Shown here: piece by piece, positions 45,787 to 45,945 of the stretch
Numbering within the stretch: position 1 is the first letter of the stretch
Layout of the letters: each line of letters opens with the position of its first letter
Virus record (IMG/VR): IMGVR_UViG_3300038505_000007
Span: 1 to 45,945 of that record
Length of the DNA stretch: 45,945 nucleotides
DNA from: a virus
Strand: one strand, 5' to 3'
Notes under the pieces: generated by a model
Told to the model about the DNA's origin: nothing
Databases searched by the model: none
The model's input: only the letters and a program-made list of their open reading frames with translations
Made by a program: the position numbers and the translations under genes

Positions 45787-45945
45787 ATGAGCGACAAGCA
45801 CAGCAACGACGGTGGCCCGGCGTTCTCGGTCTGGGAATTGAACGGCAAAGACCAGCCGGAGATGACTGGATTCGGAATGACACTACGCGACTACTTCGCG
45901 GCCAGGGCGATGCAGGGGGCTACTCGCTAACCCGGGCGGCGCGAT
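45787..45945 (+). CDS. Small phage protein of the 'GGPAF...GMTLRDYFAA.AMQG' type; apparent frameshift in G5 (45915-45919); runs to window edge
   Basis: ACAAGGGAGG SD; MSDKHSNDGGPAFSV...GMTLRDYFAARAMQG. As read it stops at 45930; removing one G gives the expected LLANPG continuation. Confidence 0.65.

Noticed and set aside
35200-45945. tRNA genes in intergenic hairpin regions
   Set aside because: No cloverleaf with a T-loop GTTCRA and matching acceptor stem was recognised by eye; tRNAscan-SE would be decisive.

Overview
The window looks like part of a large contractile-tailed (myovirus-type) phage genome. Bases 1-35190 are an almost entirely minus-strand neck/tail/baseplate module. In transcription order it holds neck proteins, sheath, three tube-like paralogues, a chaperone pair, tape measure, hub, spike, a LysM+gp25-like wedge, a 2365-aa baseplate-J-like protein, a 771-aa wedge and a >1780-aa fibre. 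The fibre is absent from the ORF track because it runs off the left edge, and it ends in 171-bp tandem repeats. No capsid, portal or terminase gene is visible. Three extras sit inside the tail module: an antisense NUMOD3-HNH endonuclease fused to a P-loop kinase-like domain; a pair of genes sharing a VIK..NGQW.LEK peptide, one carrying an interrupted R-S-E ADP-ribosyltransferase-like domain; and a 609-aa protein with a degenerate Nudix-like segment. Bases 35240-45945 are a mostly plus-strand early/accessory region of small unknown genes in several paralogue families. That region has recurring intergenic motifs (YTGACACYG(Y)TACGCYC, TCCYGAMAC, A/C-rich leader + AGGGAGG), a structurally conserved 3' RNA element after a duplicated gene, a palindrome-rich divergent hub, and a ~0.9-kb non-coding repeat region. 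All product calls come from motif recognition and synteny by eye; no searches were run.
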